Assembly: GCF_003704095.1 (NCBI RefSeq)
Contig: NW_020847248.1
Location: 1,302,001-1,366,000, forward strand
Direction of reading: 5' to 3'
Source: Pocillopora damicornis
Lineage: Eukaryota
Length of the DNA: 64,000 nt
Shown: positions 37,001-55,557 of the stretch, one piece after another
Position numbering within the stretch: the first letter of the stretch is position 1
How the letters are laid out: every line of letters starts with the position of its first letter
Translations under genes and position numbers: made by a program
Notes under the pieces: model-generated
What the model was told of the DNA's origin: nothing
The model's input: only the letters and a program-made list of their open reading frames with translations
Databases searched by the model: none

Positions 37001-37178
37001 CTTATAACGGAAACGCAATATCAAGATATACTCTATTTTTTTTACTTTCAGGACTAAGTAAACATCCCGCTGAGGACAAGGAAAACAGTTCTCATGAAAC
37101 TCGCACGTCTGGTAACAAACTTAATAACTTAAAAAGTTGTGAAGTTTAAGCTTGAAGCTTTTGAGTAGTTCGTCGACC

Positions 37179-38180
37179 ATGTTCGCGACGGAAGGCCAAG
37201 ACAAATGTATGACGGTTCCTCCACCAACCTCATTGTCTTCTTTCACTGCCGCTATATCTGCACTCTTGGCAGTCGTGACTGTTCCTTGCAACGTTTTGGT
37301 GTGTCTTGTCATTCTTAAATGTCCGCCCCAGTTTAAAAACTTGCGTACACCATTCACATATTTCATCGTCAACCTCGCCATGACCGACGTTCTTGTCGGA
37401 ATAACAACAGAACCTATGTCAGTGGTGTATCACCTCATGGAAGCTCGAGCTCTTTCTTCAACAAATTTTGTCAGGTTACTGCATTTGCTGTACTTTTTGC
37501 CTTGCACTGTCTCCGTTCTAAGCATCATGGCGCTTACCTTCGAGCGATTCTTCGCGATCGCAAAACCCCTAAAATACAGACGAAATGTGAACCATTTCAG
37601 AGTATTCGTGGTTTCGGGAATGATATGGATTTTGTCGCCCGCGTTTTTAAGTCCTTATTTCGCAATGGGCTATCGCACCTTTTCGTTTCTATTTGCCAAC
37701 GTCGTGATTTTAGTGACTCTTTGCTCTCTCCTTTACGCTTATTTCAAAATTATCAAGACTATCCAAAGCAGGAAAAAACTCCGACAGGAAACACTTCGAG
37801 GATTCTGCTTTGCGAATCAGAAAGCAACATTATTCGAGGAAAAATTGACTTCCACGTTTACTTGCATTCTGATCCTATTTGCTATCTGCTACGCGACACC
37901 TTGCCTTCTAATATACATCATGAATTTATGTACAAACTGCTCATGCGAGGCAATCCACTGGTTGAGGGACACATCATTTCTCTGCGTCATCTGCAATTCT
38001 GCCATCAACCCATTCCTGTACGCATGGCGTCTTCCCAGTTTCCGCAAAGGGCTGAGGTTTATGATGCTTGGAATCAGTAGAAAATCTTCACTACCTAAGA
38101 ACAGCACACTGAATGGCGCTTTCAACAATAGAGCATCCAGCCTCACTTTTCATTACGAGCCTTCAAGATCGCCACATTAG
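37179..38180 (+). CDS. Intronless class A GPCR (orphan, adenosine/amine-receptor-like), about 333 aa
   Basis: Seven hydrophobic helices; CN in TM1, NLAMTD, ERF (DRY variant), W in TM4, CYATP, NSAINPFLY. First ATG at 37179. Confidence 0.92.
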   Translation: MFATEGQDKCMTVPPPTSLSSFTAAISALLAVVTVPCNVLVCLVILKCPPQFKNLRTPFTYFIVNLAMTDVLVGITTEPMSVVYHLMEARALSSTNFVRLLHLLYFLPCTVSVLSIMALTFERFFAIAKPLKYRRNVNHFRVFVVSGMIWILSPAFLSPYFAMGYRTFSFLFANVVILVTLCSLLYAYFKIIKTIQSRKKLRQETLRGFCFANQKATLFEEKLTSTFTCILILFAICYATPCLLIYIMNLCTNCSCEAIHWLRDTSFLCVICNSAINPFLYAWRLPSFRKGLRFMMLGISRKSSLPKNSTLNGAFNNRASSLTFHYEPSRSPH

Positions 38181-39239
38181 TGGGCGGAATTAGACCTTAC
38201 TCCAAAATGGCGCCCGGAATTGATTATTTTTCAAATCATGAGAAAAAACGTCCTCAATGCAAAGAACATACGCAACAACAATAAAATAACACTGAAAATC
38301 TGAAGATAGTGCAACTAGCATTATCATATTTGTTCTTTAATTTAAAGCAGGTTATTTAAAAGCCTGTTCAGAGACAGCTTTCCCCCAATGTGCCTTCCGG
38401 AGCCATACAGGAAACGATGGACACTTACAACACGTACACACGGTTAAAAACAACTAGGACAAGGCAGTGCAAACTCACGTAATTCTACAGCCTTAAAAAA
38501 ACAATGCGGGATGGGATATAAAATTCCTCTCGTCATCGATAAAAAAAATAATAAATAAAGTGATCAGAAACCAGCTTTCATAAGTATCAGATCCGTAGTT
38601 TTAAAAAAATTTTTTGTAGCTTCAATTTCCCTGCCTTTTCGTCACATTCTCTCCTTAGAGCAACCAAGGGTAACCCAACTGAAGAAAAAATACAGAGCCA
38701 TCCGTCTTAAAACGATTCAAATAAAGCACCAATCATACAACTAAGCTTTAATATCATTTACTTTCACTTTTCTCCGAGGATTGAAACACCATACATCGAA
38801 TTCCTAGTTCTGAACAATTCTACCTGTCAAACAAAGGGAAACATCTAGACTTTCCTATTTCAGTTAGACAGTCATTTCGATCTCGTTACCTCTTGTACAA
38901 TATCCGTGATATGGAAATTAGGGCAGGAAATGATTGCAATACTTGTGAAATCAGAAATTTCAATGACAAAGCCTGTAAATTGCGAGCGACAAGCGCTTTT
39001 ACATTATATGTACAGTAAAAAAAGGAATTTTAAACCAACAATCACACAGCAAAGGATCAAAACGGGAAGCAGCGAAAACCTGAAGCAAAATCAAAAATAA
39101 GAATGAATGTAAATAACATACGATCGGAACAAACTTTGATTGAAAAGCAGAAAGCAATTTTGAATTGATTACGGGAAATCATTAGAGGATTCACTGGCTT
39201 TGAATATTATTATTATTCAATCGATGACAAGTGCCTCTC

Positions 39240-39452
39240 TTGACCCTTTCACACCTAAAAGTGACTAGAGTTTAATTTCTCCTAACAGTATAGTCCCTGA
39301 ATCACACACTAAGGTCACGAGAATAAAGGAAATGATCACCAATTAAAGAAACTCTTCATTCTTTGACCAATTCTCTTAGTCAACACCTTCGGAAATGTAT
39401 AGAGAACACTGAGGAGAATATGCATACTGATGATATGGTGTAAAGGGGTTAA
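39240..39452. mobile_element. piggyBac-type MITE (second copy at about 53622-53836)
   Basis: Ends cccttt.../...aaaggggttaa with TTAA-like target sites. Internal sequence (ctgaatca.acact.aggtca.gagaataaaggaaatg) shared with 53622-53836. Confidence 0.7.
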
Positions 39453-39529
39453 AAAAATAAAAAAATTAAAAAACTAAAAATGAGAGAAGCTTCGGGCATC
39501 TAACAGAAATATCTTATTATGTACTAACC

Positions 39530-43979
<4,450 letters not shown>

Positions 43980-44281
43980 CTTGATTCACATTGCATAACA
44001 GCCTCGACTCCAAGAAACCGATTGAGGGGCTAACTTGATACGTCATAGAAAGCTAAATGAACTGTCGCATGTGAAATTGATAGGTGCCCATTTGCGAGGA
44101 CAAACATAGAATTTTTAATTCACACCTTTTAAAGCGCCTTTCTTGGTTTCCTTGGTTCGAGACAGCTGTATTGCGCTGCAATGATCCGGCACAAAGGCTA
44201 ACCACTAATGTGTTTATTTAATTTTACAAGAAACTCGTCAACATTGATAAATTCGTTGAAAAGCAAGAACGAGAACCAAAC

Positions 44282-47200
44282 ATGATCGTGAAAAAGGCAG
44301 TCTTCCTTTTGCAGGTCAGTACAGAGAGAAGTAATTGAATTTTTCTTTAACACAATTAGTGAAGGGAAAAATCATGGTACTTACTCAAGCTGATGATTGA
44401 TGAAAATGCAAACTGATTGTCAATATTTTCTCCCTTTTTGCTCTGCTTCAAGTTGAAGCCAAAGCAGTGTGACTAATGCTCAGAGTCGCGTAATGTCGAG
44501 TACTGTCTAAACATCTTTTTCCATTGAAAACTATCATGGCTTTTTTTTTAAAGAAAATTAAGAATGGTTTCGGACCAGAATAAGTATTGGGAGACCTAGT
44601 TTAAAGTTCAGTGCGGGGATCAATCCACTGACCAACGGACAGTTATGAACATCGTTTATTATGATCACTGAAGAAGCCGCCTGCCTTCTCGCCGGGCGGT
44701 AAACAATGTTTTTAAATGTACGGTGTGGTAAGAAGAGAGCATTTATTACTGAGCTGTATTTAGTTACTGCACTGCAGAACACTGGTCAAACAAACTAATT
44801 TATCGAATTTAATACATTTTTCGTGGCTCTCTCATCCCCGATTTCAGCTTGGGGAGAATGTTTAAATACGGAAAAACTGCGTGAATAAGCTAATTTTGTC
44901 TTCCCCTTCTCTTGCAGCTGCAGGTGTCATTTCTAACCACACATGCTGCAGGTGGGATGAATCATTTAATTCTTGAACTTATTCAGAATCAGCTTGCTAA
45001 TCAGCTCATCGTTTTAAAAGCATTTTTCTTCCGTACGCATCACGTTCCCTCGCTAAGAAACCTAAAAATTTGCATGAGAGGACAACGCGGAGGAAGTCTA
45101 AAAACTTCCGTCTACTCTTTGGAACTTGTCGGAAATAGATAATCATGCGCCATTATTTGTTTTATCATTAGATTTTTTTTAGTTCAAGATTAAAATAAAG
45201 TTTACCAAATAACGCCAATTAATACATAAGAATTTACAAACTTTCCCTATTAGATAAGTTATGTAAGAGAACCGAGCTGCCCGCAGACAAATTGTGGCTA
45301 TATTCTAATCAGACAAGACAGACAATGAATAATATAAAAAAATAATTGTTGTAGCCTACAATGAAACGGGTTTATTAATTATTTTCCCATATTTCTTTTT
45401 TCTTATCCATGGTATTCAACTTTTCGTGTGTCAATTAGGGCAACGTAAAATAGAGCCGAGTTTGCACAGGGTCGCACCTAGAAAGTACCGTTAAAAAAAA
45501 TGACTCATATCTCTATATGACTCATATCTCCATGAACTTTGCAATTCATGTCTCTAGAACTTTCTACCTCCTGAAGCCCCGATCTGTCAATTGCTCCTAG
45601 AGTAAGGCAGGTGTCCAAAATTCGCAGCTTAACTAGTTTTTTGCTTTTTTTTCCCCTATGGAAATAGAAATGATGGCAAAGATTGTAAAGCTGCCGTTGT
45701 TGCAGCAGCTGCTACTGTTTCTGTTGTCGTCGTTTTAGCTGGAAATTTTATCTTACATTTTTGTTTCACTCAGTTTGCCCTTTTGCAATGGATTTGGCGT
45801 TCCTTCTTGACTCATCTGGCAGCATTGGAGAAAACAATTACTTGGACATGAAAAGATTTATCAACGAAGTCATTGATCATTTTCACATATCTCCGAAAGG
45901 TAAGCAAATATTATTTCAGCTAGTTACTTAAAAACTTTATTTAAACTGTTTAGGACCTCACCAGTCTGGTTATTGCATTGTTGACCTGACCTCGACCTGC
46001 TACGACTCCACAACCAAAAAGATAGCTCATAGTCTCCTCGCCTTAATCCCCCCTAGGCGCCTCTCGAGAAGATTAGGGCGAGAAGACTATTTAGACTATA
46101 TAGTGCTGAGATATTAGGGCCACGCCATGGTTTGTGCATTGTAGAGAAAAATGCAGTAAAAGAGTTTAATGTCTTTTGGGATTTGTGTAAATCTTAATCA
46201 TCCTCTACATTTGTCTTTCCGCTTTGGTTTATCAATACTTCATCTGTGTTTCTTTACCATCTAACAAACTGTTTTTTCTTTTTTTCAAGTTTCTTTCATT
46301 ATGTAATTAATTTTTAACACCTTTTTAGGAAAGCAACAAACTCCTAAATATATTTCTTCCTTCTTTAATCATCAGACACACATGTGGGTGTGGTAAGTTT
46401 TAGTACCCAGGCGCAAACAGAGATAAGATTCACATCCAAGCAAACTGCGGATGCAATAAAACCGTCTGTTCTTAACATTACCTATCAAAACGACCTTACA
46501 TACATTGACCGTGGCCTCAACAAAACCCATATGGATTTGTTCTCTGCTCAGGGTGGAATGAGGACGAATGTGCCACACATTCTATTAGTGATTACTGATG
46601 GAAAGAGCAACAGTGGTGAGAAAATAAATAAGCAAGAGAATTATGTTATTCGTTTTGCAACGAATGATGGGCAGAGTAAAAATGTGAGTCCCACCAAGAG
46701 ACTAGAATCTCGTGGCCCCACGTGAGAAATCCACTTTGAACTTCAGAATCACTTTTGCACCTATGTTCTACCATTGAGCTAAGGAAACTCGTCAGTTGGG
46801 CCATTACCAAGGGCCAGTCAATAATACTTAAGCTTATCCGAGTTTCTGTAGCATAGTTAATTAGGATTTTGGTGAGATCAAATGCTTTCACGATAAAATA
46901 CGATTCGATAAATTTATTAATACACGGTATTTCCATCAGTCAATCAAGATACCAGACTATCTTCCTGACTACAATAACAGTAATAAAAATATTTCAAAAA
47001 TAAAAACTGCTTTTCGTGGAGGCCGGAGGGGGGGTCAGTCGTAACCAATAGAGTACAAAGGGGGACGTCGACAATAACAAAATTGACTGCCAATTGACTG
47101 CCATAAGTGGACATCATAAGAATGTTACAGAACCTTATGAGGATCTGGAAACTAATGGACCCCCCTCTCCTTCCCTTAACTGAGTTATTTGCCCCACGCT

Positions 47201-48441
47201 TGTGACAACACGAGCAACATATTTGTCCATTCGACGACTGCTATCAAAATTTACCATCTTCCTTATTCTGTGCACAGCCAAGAACAGTTAATTATAGATA
47301 AACTAGTACGGCTATATGAGAACGTATTTCATGATTAGTTTTGTTTCTATTCATTCGCAACGTTTTTCCTAGGTGAGCTAAAAACAAGGCAGCAAGCTCA
47401 ATACTTAAAGGACGACGGAATAGTGATCTTTGCATTGGGAATTGGCTCCGGGATCAAAATGACCGAATTAAAAGCTATGGTTTCTATGGAGCCATATGTG
47501 TTTCTCTTCTCCTCAGTTAGGCAGATGGTACCCTCGGATAAGGCTTCAGACATTGCATTGGCTCTTTGTGCAGGTCAGTCACCCCTCCACGTCCCTAGAC
47601 CCTCATTCCTGTTGGTGAAGATATGCGTTGTATTCTCTTTTTTTCTTTTGAACAAATCAAATTTACCGCCTAACTGAAATAATTGATTGGATGGTTACGT
47701 AATCGATACCAAAAAAACTTTTAGCATTCAGAGGAGCGCAAATGATAAATTTTTTGTCTCAAATGCGAGAGCGTCTATTGAAAAATTGGCTGGTAGTGTA
47801 TCCATACTGGAAAAACATTGTAGAATAATTAAGGAGAAAAAGAATTTCCTTTGCCAATACCCAGACTAACTGTTTTTTTACTGCTTCTTATCATTCAAAA
47901 ATGTTTGCGTGGAAAAATATGATTACGAAAAGTTGCGAATTCTCGTGAGGGTTTCTGAGATGAATAAAAGACTCTGAGTCTCTGACGTGGAATTACCCAT
48001 AATCCTTCGTTGATTGACGAGGTGCTCGTGTAATTGCCACCTGAGGGCAAATGACTAAGTTAGGGAGACCTTGGTTGACGAGCGCTCATGACAGATTAAT
48101 TCTACATTTCATCAATAAAGAAAACTAAGTCAATCATTATGTTTTCTCCTTTCACTCAAATTGTATTTTTGCTGTTTTACCTTCAAGCTGCCAGAACCTC
48201 GAACGCAATCATCCACCCGGTGATCACGCAACACTCACTCCTTCAGCATACTGTAGTGTCACGCGTGACAGCAGACGATCTGGAATGCGCGTTCATGTGC
48301 ATCAAACACAGCTTGTGTTACTCATTTAATTTCCACGCACCAACTCGCCTTTGTGAGCTCAGTAACGCGAGAAAGGCTGATCATCTTAAAGACTTTGTTT
48401 ACGATCACAGTTCTGTCTACAACGAATTGATATTTGTGTAA
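44282..48441 (+). CDS. Secreted von Willebrand A + PAN/apple domain protein (6 exons, about 295 aa)
   Basis: Exons 44282-44314 and 44918-44951 (signal-like). 45774-45899 (DLAFLLDSSGS, MIDAS). 46376-46615 (VGVVSFS...LLVITDG). 47373-47573 (IFALGIG). 48188-48441 (CAFMCIKHSLCYSFNF...CELSN, PAN). The first two exons are less certain. Confidence 0.85.
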
Positions 48442-49064
48442 AATTACGTAACCATGATAACACCACTTAAAATGATTTCTAACTAGTGTAAGATAAAAAA
48501 AGGTAACAGTCGACGCTCAAACCAAGAGGGCCATCCGGCTGGAGCTTACCCGAGTTTCTGTAGCATGAAGCGACTGGGGGTATTACCAATCCCCTTATCC
48601 CGGATGGGATGCGCATCTATTAAGTAAATAATGTAAATGATCTTCATGTGCCTAATGTCAGGGAAAACTGTGTGACTGGTTCACTTATTAACATACTGCC
48701 CTACTGGCATCATTTTAAAGACAATTTTAATTATGTGCTTTGGTTGATGCAAAAAATGTACCTTTGACATAAAGTTAAGTCACAACAGTAAATAAACGGC
48801 CCAGAAAATGAAAAATATTTTTTCATTTATTTTATTCTACTTAACCACACTAAGCTTATAAGTTTCTTTTAGTACGTGAAACCGGAGAAACTCTGAAGTA
48901 ACATTATCCTATTTGCATTCCTGGGGTCTACTTGGTATTCAAACTCGAGAAGGTGCCGTTATCGAAAAGTGTTCATAACACTAAATTACAACGCAATCCA
49001 AGTGCATTCAAAAACGTTTAATTAGCGCACAAACAAGTTTTGGAAAAGCTAAGATAAGAGTTTG

Positions 49065-51463
49065 TTAATTATCATTGAAACACACGTCTCTGGGTTGAAG
49101 ATAAACATCCAGTTTTGCCAAACCATCGACAGAATATTCAATTTCACTCCCGAGACCAGTTTCATTTGACTCAGTTTTGGGGACGTCATCTTCGCTATTG
49201 AATGAGTGTAACGGTGTTCTCACGCAACGCCGCTGTCCTTTTAAACTATCCGCACTGTTCCGATATAAACTGTTCCCATTTTCGTCGAGAGACCTCGGCG
49301 CTCTTCGTGAATCACCCGTAGAACACCTTCGACCGCATTTTTCTCGATTGTTTGGGTCTTTATTTAAGACACATTGATGGGATGGCCCAATAGATTCATC
49401 GAATCTTTTGCCTTGCCCATGTTCATGCTTCTGCCGACCTCTAGCAAATAATTGTTTCTCCCTGCTTAGATTTTCAAAAGAAGATTTAGAGGTGATTTGA
49501 CCATCACGCTGTCTATTAAAAGCTTTGTCTGAACCTATAAAATTTGGTAAATTATGATGGCCATTTACCAAAATGACTCCTCTCGACAGAAGCGCTGTAT
49601 CTACTGTGTGTGGTCTGCGATTTAGTGAGACCCCTAGCTTTTTCCTTGCTGGAAAATTTGGTTTCTTCAGTTCCTCAAGTGGATTAATAGGAGGAAACTG
49701 CTTTATTGGAAGAACAATAGAAAACTTTAATTTAGAATTCTGCGTTCTCTCAACTCCAACGGGCCTCGGGGCTTGAAAACCTCCTCCAGGAACGCGCTTG
49801 TCGTTATCGTGATGTATAATCTGTCCACAAGAGCACATTAGGGCGTGGGAAATGTTAGAGTTAGGCTTTTCATTATTTCTCCTGTTATAAGACTCATCGT
49901 GGGAGAGTTTCTCTTTCAGTTGAACTTCAATATCACTCAATACCTGGGAAGACTTTTCTGACGACAGATCATGCGCTTCCCTCTGGGTTAATAAAACTTC
50001 TGAGGATGTTCTGTGTTTTTGTACAAGCGGAGTATTCCGTCTCACTTTACCAGGAGGGGCCGATTTTGATTTATCCACATATCTTCGGACATAGAACGGA
50101 GTGAACTCGTCATCCTCGCTCTTCTGAGCATCACTTGACAGGAAATTTGAAGCCCATGTCCTGCAAACAAATCCTTTATGGATTTTTTTCTTTTCTTGTT
50201 TATATTTTGTATTGCCGTCGTTGTTTGGTTTGTTATGAATCTGCTTTGCTTCCTGTTGTCTGTGTAGTTCATGTGAATGAGTCTTTGATCGTAACGTTCC
50301 AGTGCTCTGGATTCTCTCGTTGTGTTTCCTGATCCAGTTGTTTGCCTCTCGGAGACGCATTTGTTTTCGTAGATCCTCGCTTGTGAGTCTGCGCTGTGTT
50401 TTTTGATTAGCTGGACACTGACAGTCTCCGCAGGAGGCGTGGTTAACTATGATCGGCCGAATATAGATGTTGTTACTGTAACCCTTCCACCCCTGGAGAA
50501 AGAAGAAATAAAAGAGTGTTTTTCCAAGATAAGCAAACGCGTGATCTGGGACACAAAATATTCAAAGTCAAAATTATACTAGTTGTCCACTCAGACATTA
50601 TGCGATGTGTTCAGGATTCGTTCATCATTTCGTCATGTGGTTTTATTCAGGATTTTGTTTTTTCACACGAGTATTCAAAAACTGAGCTTAGCTTTGCTCA
50701 GTTCAGTCAATAGCACATGAAGCAGAATTTTACAAATCTTCTATCCTTATTGACTCGTCCAAATGTAAATAATCTGTTTCTGCCCCATTATTTTTTGTTT
50801 CGACGCTCTTCAAATCTTCACTTACAAAACGTCTCTACAATCAGTGAGGCAAATCTAAAGATAATTTTGAATTATATCAAATCGATTTGCGCGAAGCAAT
50901 TTGCGATGATCAATTCTCTGAAGCAACATTTTATTATTGTATTAATGGCTTATGTGTTAATGTTATCCGTATCTTTTGGCGTATTGTACAGGACGTTTCA
51001 AACGAATTTTTCGCTCATCTACCGACCAAATTGTGCTTGAATGAAAATTTCGCGCCTCGGCCGAAGTCGATGATGCTTGCTGAATTGGAATGCCTTCAAA
51101 GGTTTCTTTTTAAATATTTTAATTTTTTTTCGTGCTTACTTTCAACACTTCTTGTTTTTCAGTTGTATCCCTTTCGCTTTTAGCATTATCTGCGTCCAGA
51201 TACAACGGAATAGGTGTAACAGGCGGGTTGACAGGCAGGCTAGGTTCCTCACCCTCGGAGTGCTTACACTCATCTCCATTCGTGTGGGGGTCCCGTAAGA
51301 TAGGCTTGTCCTTATCGCAAGCCCGGTTCAAGTTGCCTTGTCTATCTTCGACGTCTTGCTCTTGTGGCTTGAAAGTTACTGACACCTTGATGGGATCTTG
51401 TTCTTCAAGATCATCAAAATGACTCCCCTGGTCTTCTTCTGTCATTTTCAATTCAGCTAGCAT
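49065..51463 (-). CDS. Uncharacterised, probably disordered protein (2 coding exons, about 583 aa)
   Basis: Exon 51140-51463 (gtaag donor) splices in phase 0 to 49065-50492 (cag acceptor; GWKGYSNNIYIRP... continues into the 431-aa ORF). Hydrophilic; no recognisable domain. Confidence 0.7.
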
Positions 51464-54285
51464 TTGAACAATGAAGATTACAAGTCATTATTGTACCTAT
51501 GCATGCTCAGCCCCTTTTTTCAGGTGAAGCAACAAAATAAGTTCATCATTTCAATAAAAGATAGATAAACTTCGCATTTTCTTGAAGAAGATTAGAAGAA
51601 TGAAACATAAATTTGGCCAGATTAACCGATGGCCGTGAAAATCTGGAATCATTTCATGAATAAATTAGATGTGCAGAACAACAACAATCATTCATAGTAA
51701 TCAAAACAGATGGAATACGGTGCAACAGTTAAGCCAGCCAAAGGTAACGAAACAGCCTATCACCCACACTGAGTATCAATTTTCTCTATAAAGTCCATTA
51801 TACAACCATAAATTATACAACCATAAAAGATATATTTCCTCGTTTAACAAGTATCGAGAGATTCTATCGAGATTTCTTATAAAAATAATATTAATATCAA
51901 AATGATAGCATATATAATGAAATACCTGAATCAAGACAGCTTGCGACAACGTGATCTCTCTCTCTCTAAAGAAAAGAAATACAGTAATTTAGAGAGAAAT
52001 GCACATGAATATATGAGTCAGCCTTTTAGATTGATATCATACAGTTATGAGACAGCGATAGACGTCAAATTTTTATCGTCTCCATTCTTCGCACTAGCAA
52101 CTTTGTGGTTGATTTCAAAAGAAGAATCAGTCAGATATAAAATGCGAAATCGTCTGGATACTTCTGCTCTAAAAAAATTCAATGAAGTTGATGTTCCTCT
52201 ATAGAACTTCGTGATTTACTATATGTATACATACGCAGTCATCGTTGATCTGACCTCCGCTTAAACAATTTTGACTCCCTGCCTTAGAAAAAAACCATGT
52301 TTGTTCTACACGAAAATATTATTATTATAGGAGTGAAGTGTTCAATAAACATTATCATAATGGATAATGAATTTTCTCACAGAAGTAAGTGCTTTTCCTC
52401 GGAATGATGTTAATTCAGACACATTAAACTTGAAGCACGATGATGAAGAACGCTATTGTCTATGTAAACATATAAATAATATCCGGATAGAAGCTGTTTA
52501 CTGGCAACTCTTTCTCAATTAAACCCCTTAAACGTAAGCCGCACCATACTCAGTAGAAGCCGTGCATACTATAATCCACTAAATGACTGTCTTCCTTTCC
52601 TAACAGACTTTTAATTTTCTTCAAACCAAACCTGACAAACATTTGTTTAAAAAAGTTGCATATTCTATTGCATCACAACTTACCTGACAACGGCGTTTGG
52701 ACGTAGAATTCAAATATTCCCTTTCCTACTTCATTTTACATAGGATTCTCAATTTTAGGTAATGCCCATTGAGATACACACTAAAACGGTTTAACCTTTT
52801 TTATCAATATGTTGAATATTTCTTGAAGCATCTACTTTGAAGTGTACAATGTTAAAACAAGCACAAACAACTTCACTGTTACTTGACATTTCACTACCCC
52901 AGTGCGGTCTCTATTTACAATTAAGCATCGTGTTCTCAAACAAATGTCAAGTTCTTTGATATGCTAATAACGTAATCAATGGCTGTTTCATAATTTTAAG
53001 AAGTTAATTAATCATTTCACGTTTCTATTGGCTGGGTTCGTTTCAAGCAAACACAATGAATAAAGAGTGTTAAGTACTTCTCTAAGCCACTTGTTTGAGA
53101 AAGAGAAATATGTAAATAACTGTCATTCTAAATTGTTAAGTGCGTAATAAGCTTGAAGCATTGGATAAAACTGAGAGGAAAACGATGGTAAGTCAAGCTC
53201 TATGAGAGGGATCTGAATTTATCTCAACGTTTTTGTTATGACGGGATTCGGTTCTTTGACAGCATGACAATGATGTAAAGGAGCCTCGAAGTACATTTTT
53301 TTCTAAAACAGCTGCTACTTCTATCGGTCAATATCAAATTGTCTTTTTTAATCTTCTTTGAATTCACGGTAGGGCTCATGCTTATGCCCCCTTAAAGAAA
53401 TCATCCATATAAGCTTCCATTATTCTTCAATGGAGCTTACGGAAGCAAAGTGAGCGCAGATACGTGCAATCAAGAAGCATGACAGGGGCTATGGATGAAG
53501 GATCAATATAACAGCAAATCTATGGGGGGGAGGGGACCAATATCTACAGATAGGAATATGGTGAAACCCACACTAAGCAGACCCATACGAAGTGCACACC
53601 TAGACATGTGCGAAAAGCAGTCTAACTCTGTGACCCCTAAGAGTGACCAGCATCTAATTTCTCCCAATGGTATCACACCTGAATCAAACACTTAGGTCAT
53701 GAGAATAAAGGAAATGGAGGCAAACTCAACTTAGGAAACTCTTGATTGTAGACAAATTCTCCTAGTAAGTTCCACAGGAAATGTAGAGAGAACAGTTTGG
53801 AGAATATGGATACTGATGTAAGGGTGTAAAGGGTTACGTCCAAACCTTTTTTCCTCCATAATTATAGTCAAATGAACTTGCTTTCAGTGTTTTACGACGA
53901 AGAATAGTAATGAGCAATTGAAAACTAAGTTACTATCAGCGATTGATAGTGACTCTGCAAACAGAAACAGACGATTAAACTTTCTATGATCAATATAACA
54001 AGGATGAAGACATTACACACCATTTGAAAAACTTGTTTATTATACACTGAGGTCATTACATGGGTTCCAGTCACAACTGAACATGCAAGCTTTACGAACT
54101 GATATCGAGTCACAAAGCGGTACATCAACGAAAATTACTGCAACAAACATAAAACGATTATTACCCCCTGAGTACACACTCTAACAATTTAAAACAGCGA
54201 TACAGAACGAATTTGAATAAAAGAGACAAAATTCTACTCTTGATAAATCATAATAAAAAATCTCATAGATGAGGCTATTTTTGTA

Positions 54286-54507
54286 TTAACCCTTTAACTC
54301 CCAGATCAAATTTGTAATTCTCCTTACTGTCAAACATACAATTCTTATAATGCCAGTTCAGAGAATTTAGTGTTGGATCAACTAATTATTCCCAAATTAA
54401 CATTTTTTTTTTATTCTCATCACTTATCTGGTTGATATTGTATTAATATTGTAGGGAGAAATTCTGTCTTGGTCATTCAGTTAAAGGGGAGGGAGATAAA
54501 GGGTTAA
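54286..54507. mobile_element. piggyBac-type MITE, second family
   Basis: TTAA-ccctttaactccc ... gggagataaaggg-TTAA. Confidence 0.75.
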
Positions 54508-55557
54508 GATGCCGGACCATTCAGTTCAAGTCCCCCACGGTCGTTCTGATACCCGAATATAACTGAACCTTCGTTGTTTAGTTGCATTGAGTCAACCGAA
54601 GAGGGATCATGTGATACGGTGCTCCTAACATCTTTATTTTATCTCTAAGCTTCTCGAGCCAGTTGCTTTTTTTTTTTTTTTCGTCGTCTTTTTTTAATTT
54701 ATTTTTCTGACCGTTGTAACAAAAACACCCTTATATTCGGCATTAACGATTCTAATACACATCCAGGTCTAAGATATCCCTAGTAATATCAAAAGTAATT
54801 CTAAAATAAAAAGACTAAGGTGGCAAATTTAAACAAACAGTCAGTGTCGGCAGTATTTGTGCGTCAAATATCCCCTTTTTCATTAGAAATTAAGTTAAAT
54901 TATAAATAGTTGTTCAACTGAACAGCGTGTCAGTCGCCCCGGCAGGTAAATGTAAAAATGTAATATTCCTAATCTCCAAAACAAAAACGAGACAGCTTTT
55001 TCACTGCGAGGAAAGCAGCCAAATAATCTGCCGATTATCGGAGAATTTTTTCTACTGGTTAAAGGAGAAAACAGCAGCTGGAGTGCCTGCATATAACTGC
55101 TAGGTAAATACGCTAAAGACAATTCAATTTTTTTTCTAAATTCAGCAACGAAAAATGTGAAATTTGGGATAAAACACATGAGATTCAAAAAACAGGCGAG
55201 GCTAGTTTCAAGAATAGATCATCATAATCAATAAGTCTCATAAGCCTAGATTAAAAGAAAATAGTTTAAACTCAGAACTAAGGAACGATTATGTAATCTG
55301 ACAATCCAGGCGAGGGTTGATCTGCCTGGTGAGGGTTGGTCTTCTGGTGTCCGTTACGATGACTGACAACTCATCGCAACAACCTGAGCGCAAGTCGTCA
55401 TCACAGTTACTTGAGTCACTTTTTGGGGGTCTTCTGACAATGGCTTTTCTCTTGTTTGACGAAGAGTCAGGCAGCCAGGCAATATTACCAACATCAGTCC
55501 TTTTCATGACTAGGCTCACTCGGACGTTTAACTCATACCATCGATATGCAGCTTGTG

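Noticed and set aside
37502-38080. 192-aa alternative-frame ORF inside the GPCR
   Set aside because: Non-ATG start and no recognisable features; an overlapping-frame artefact.
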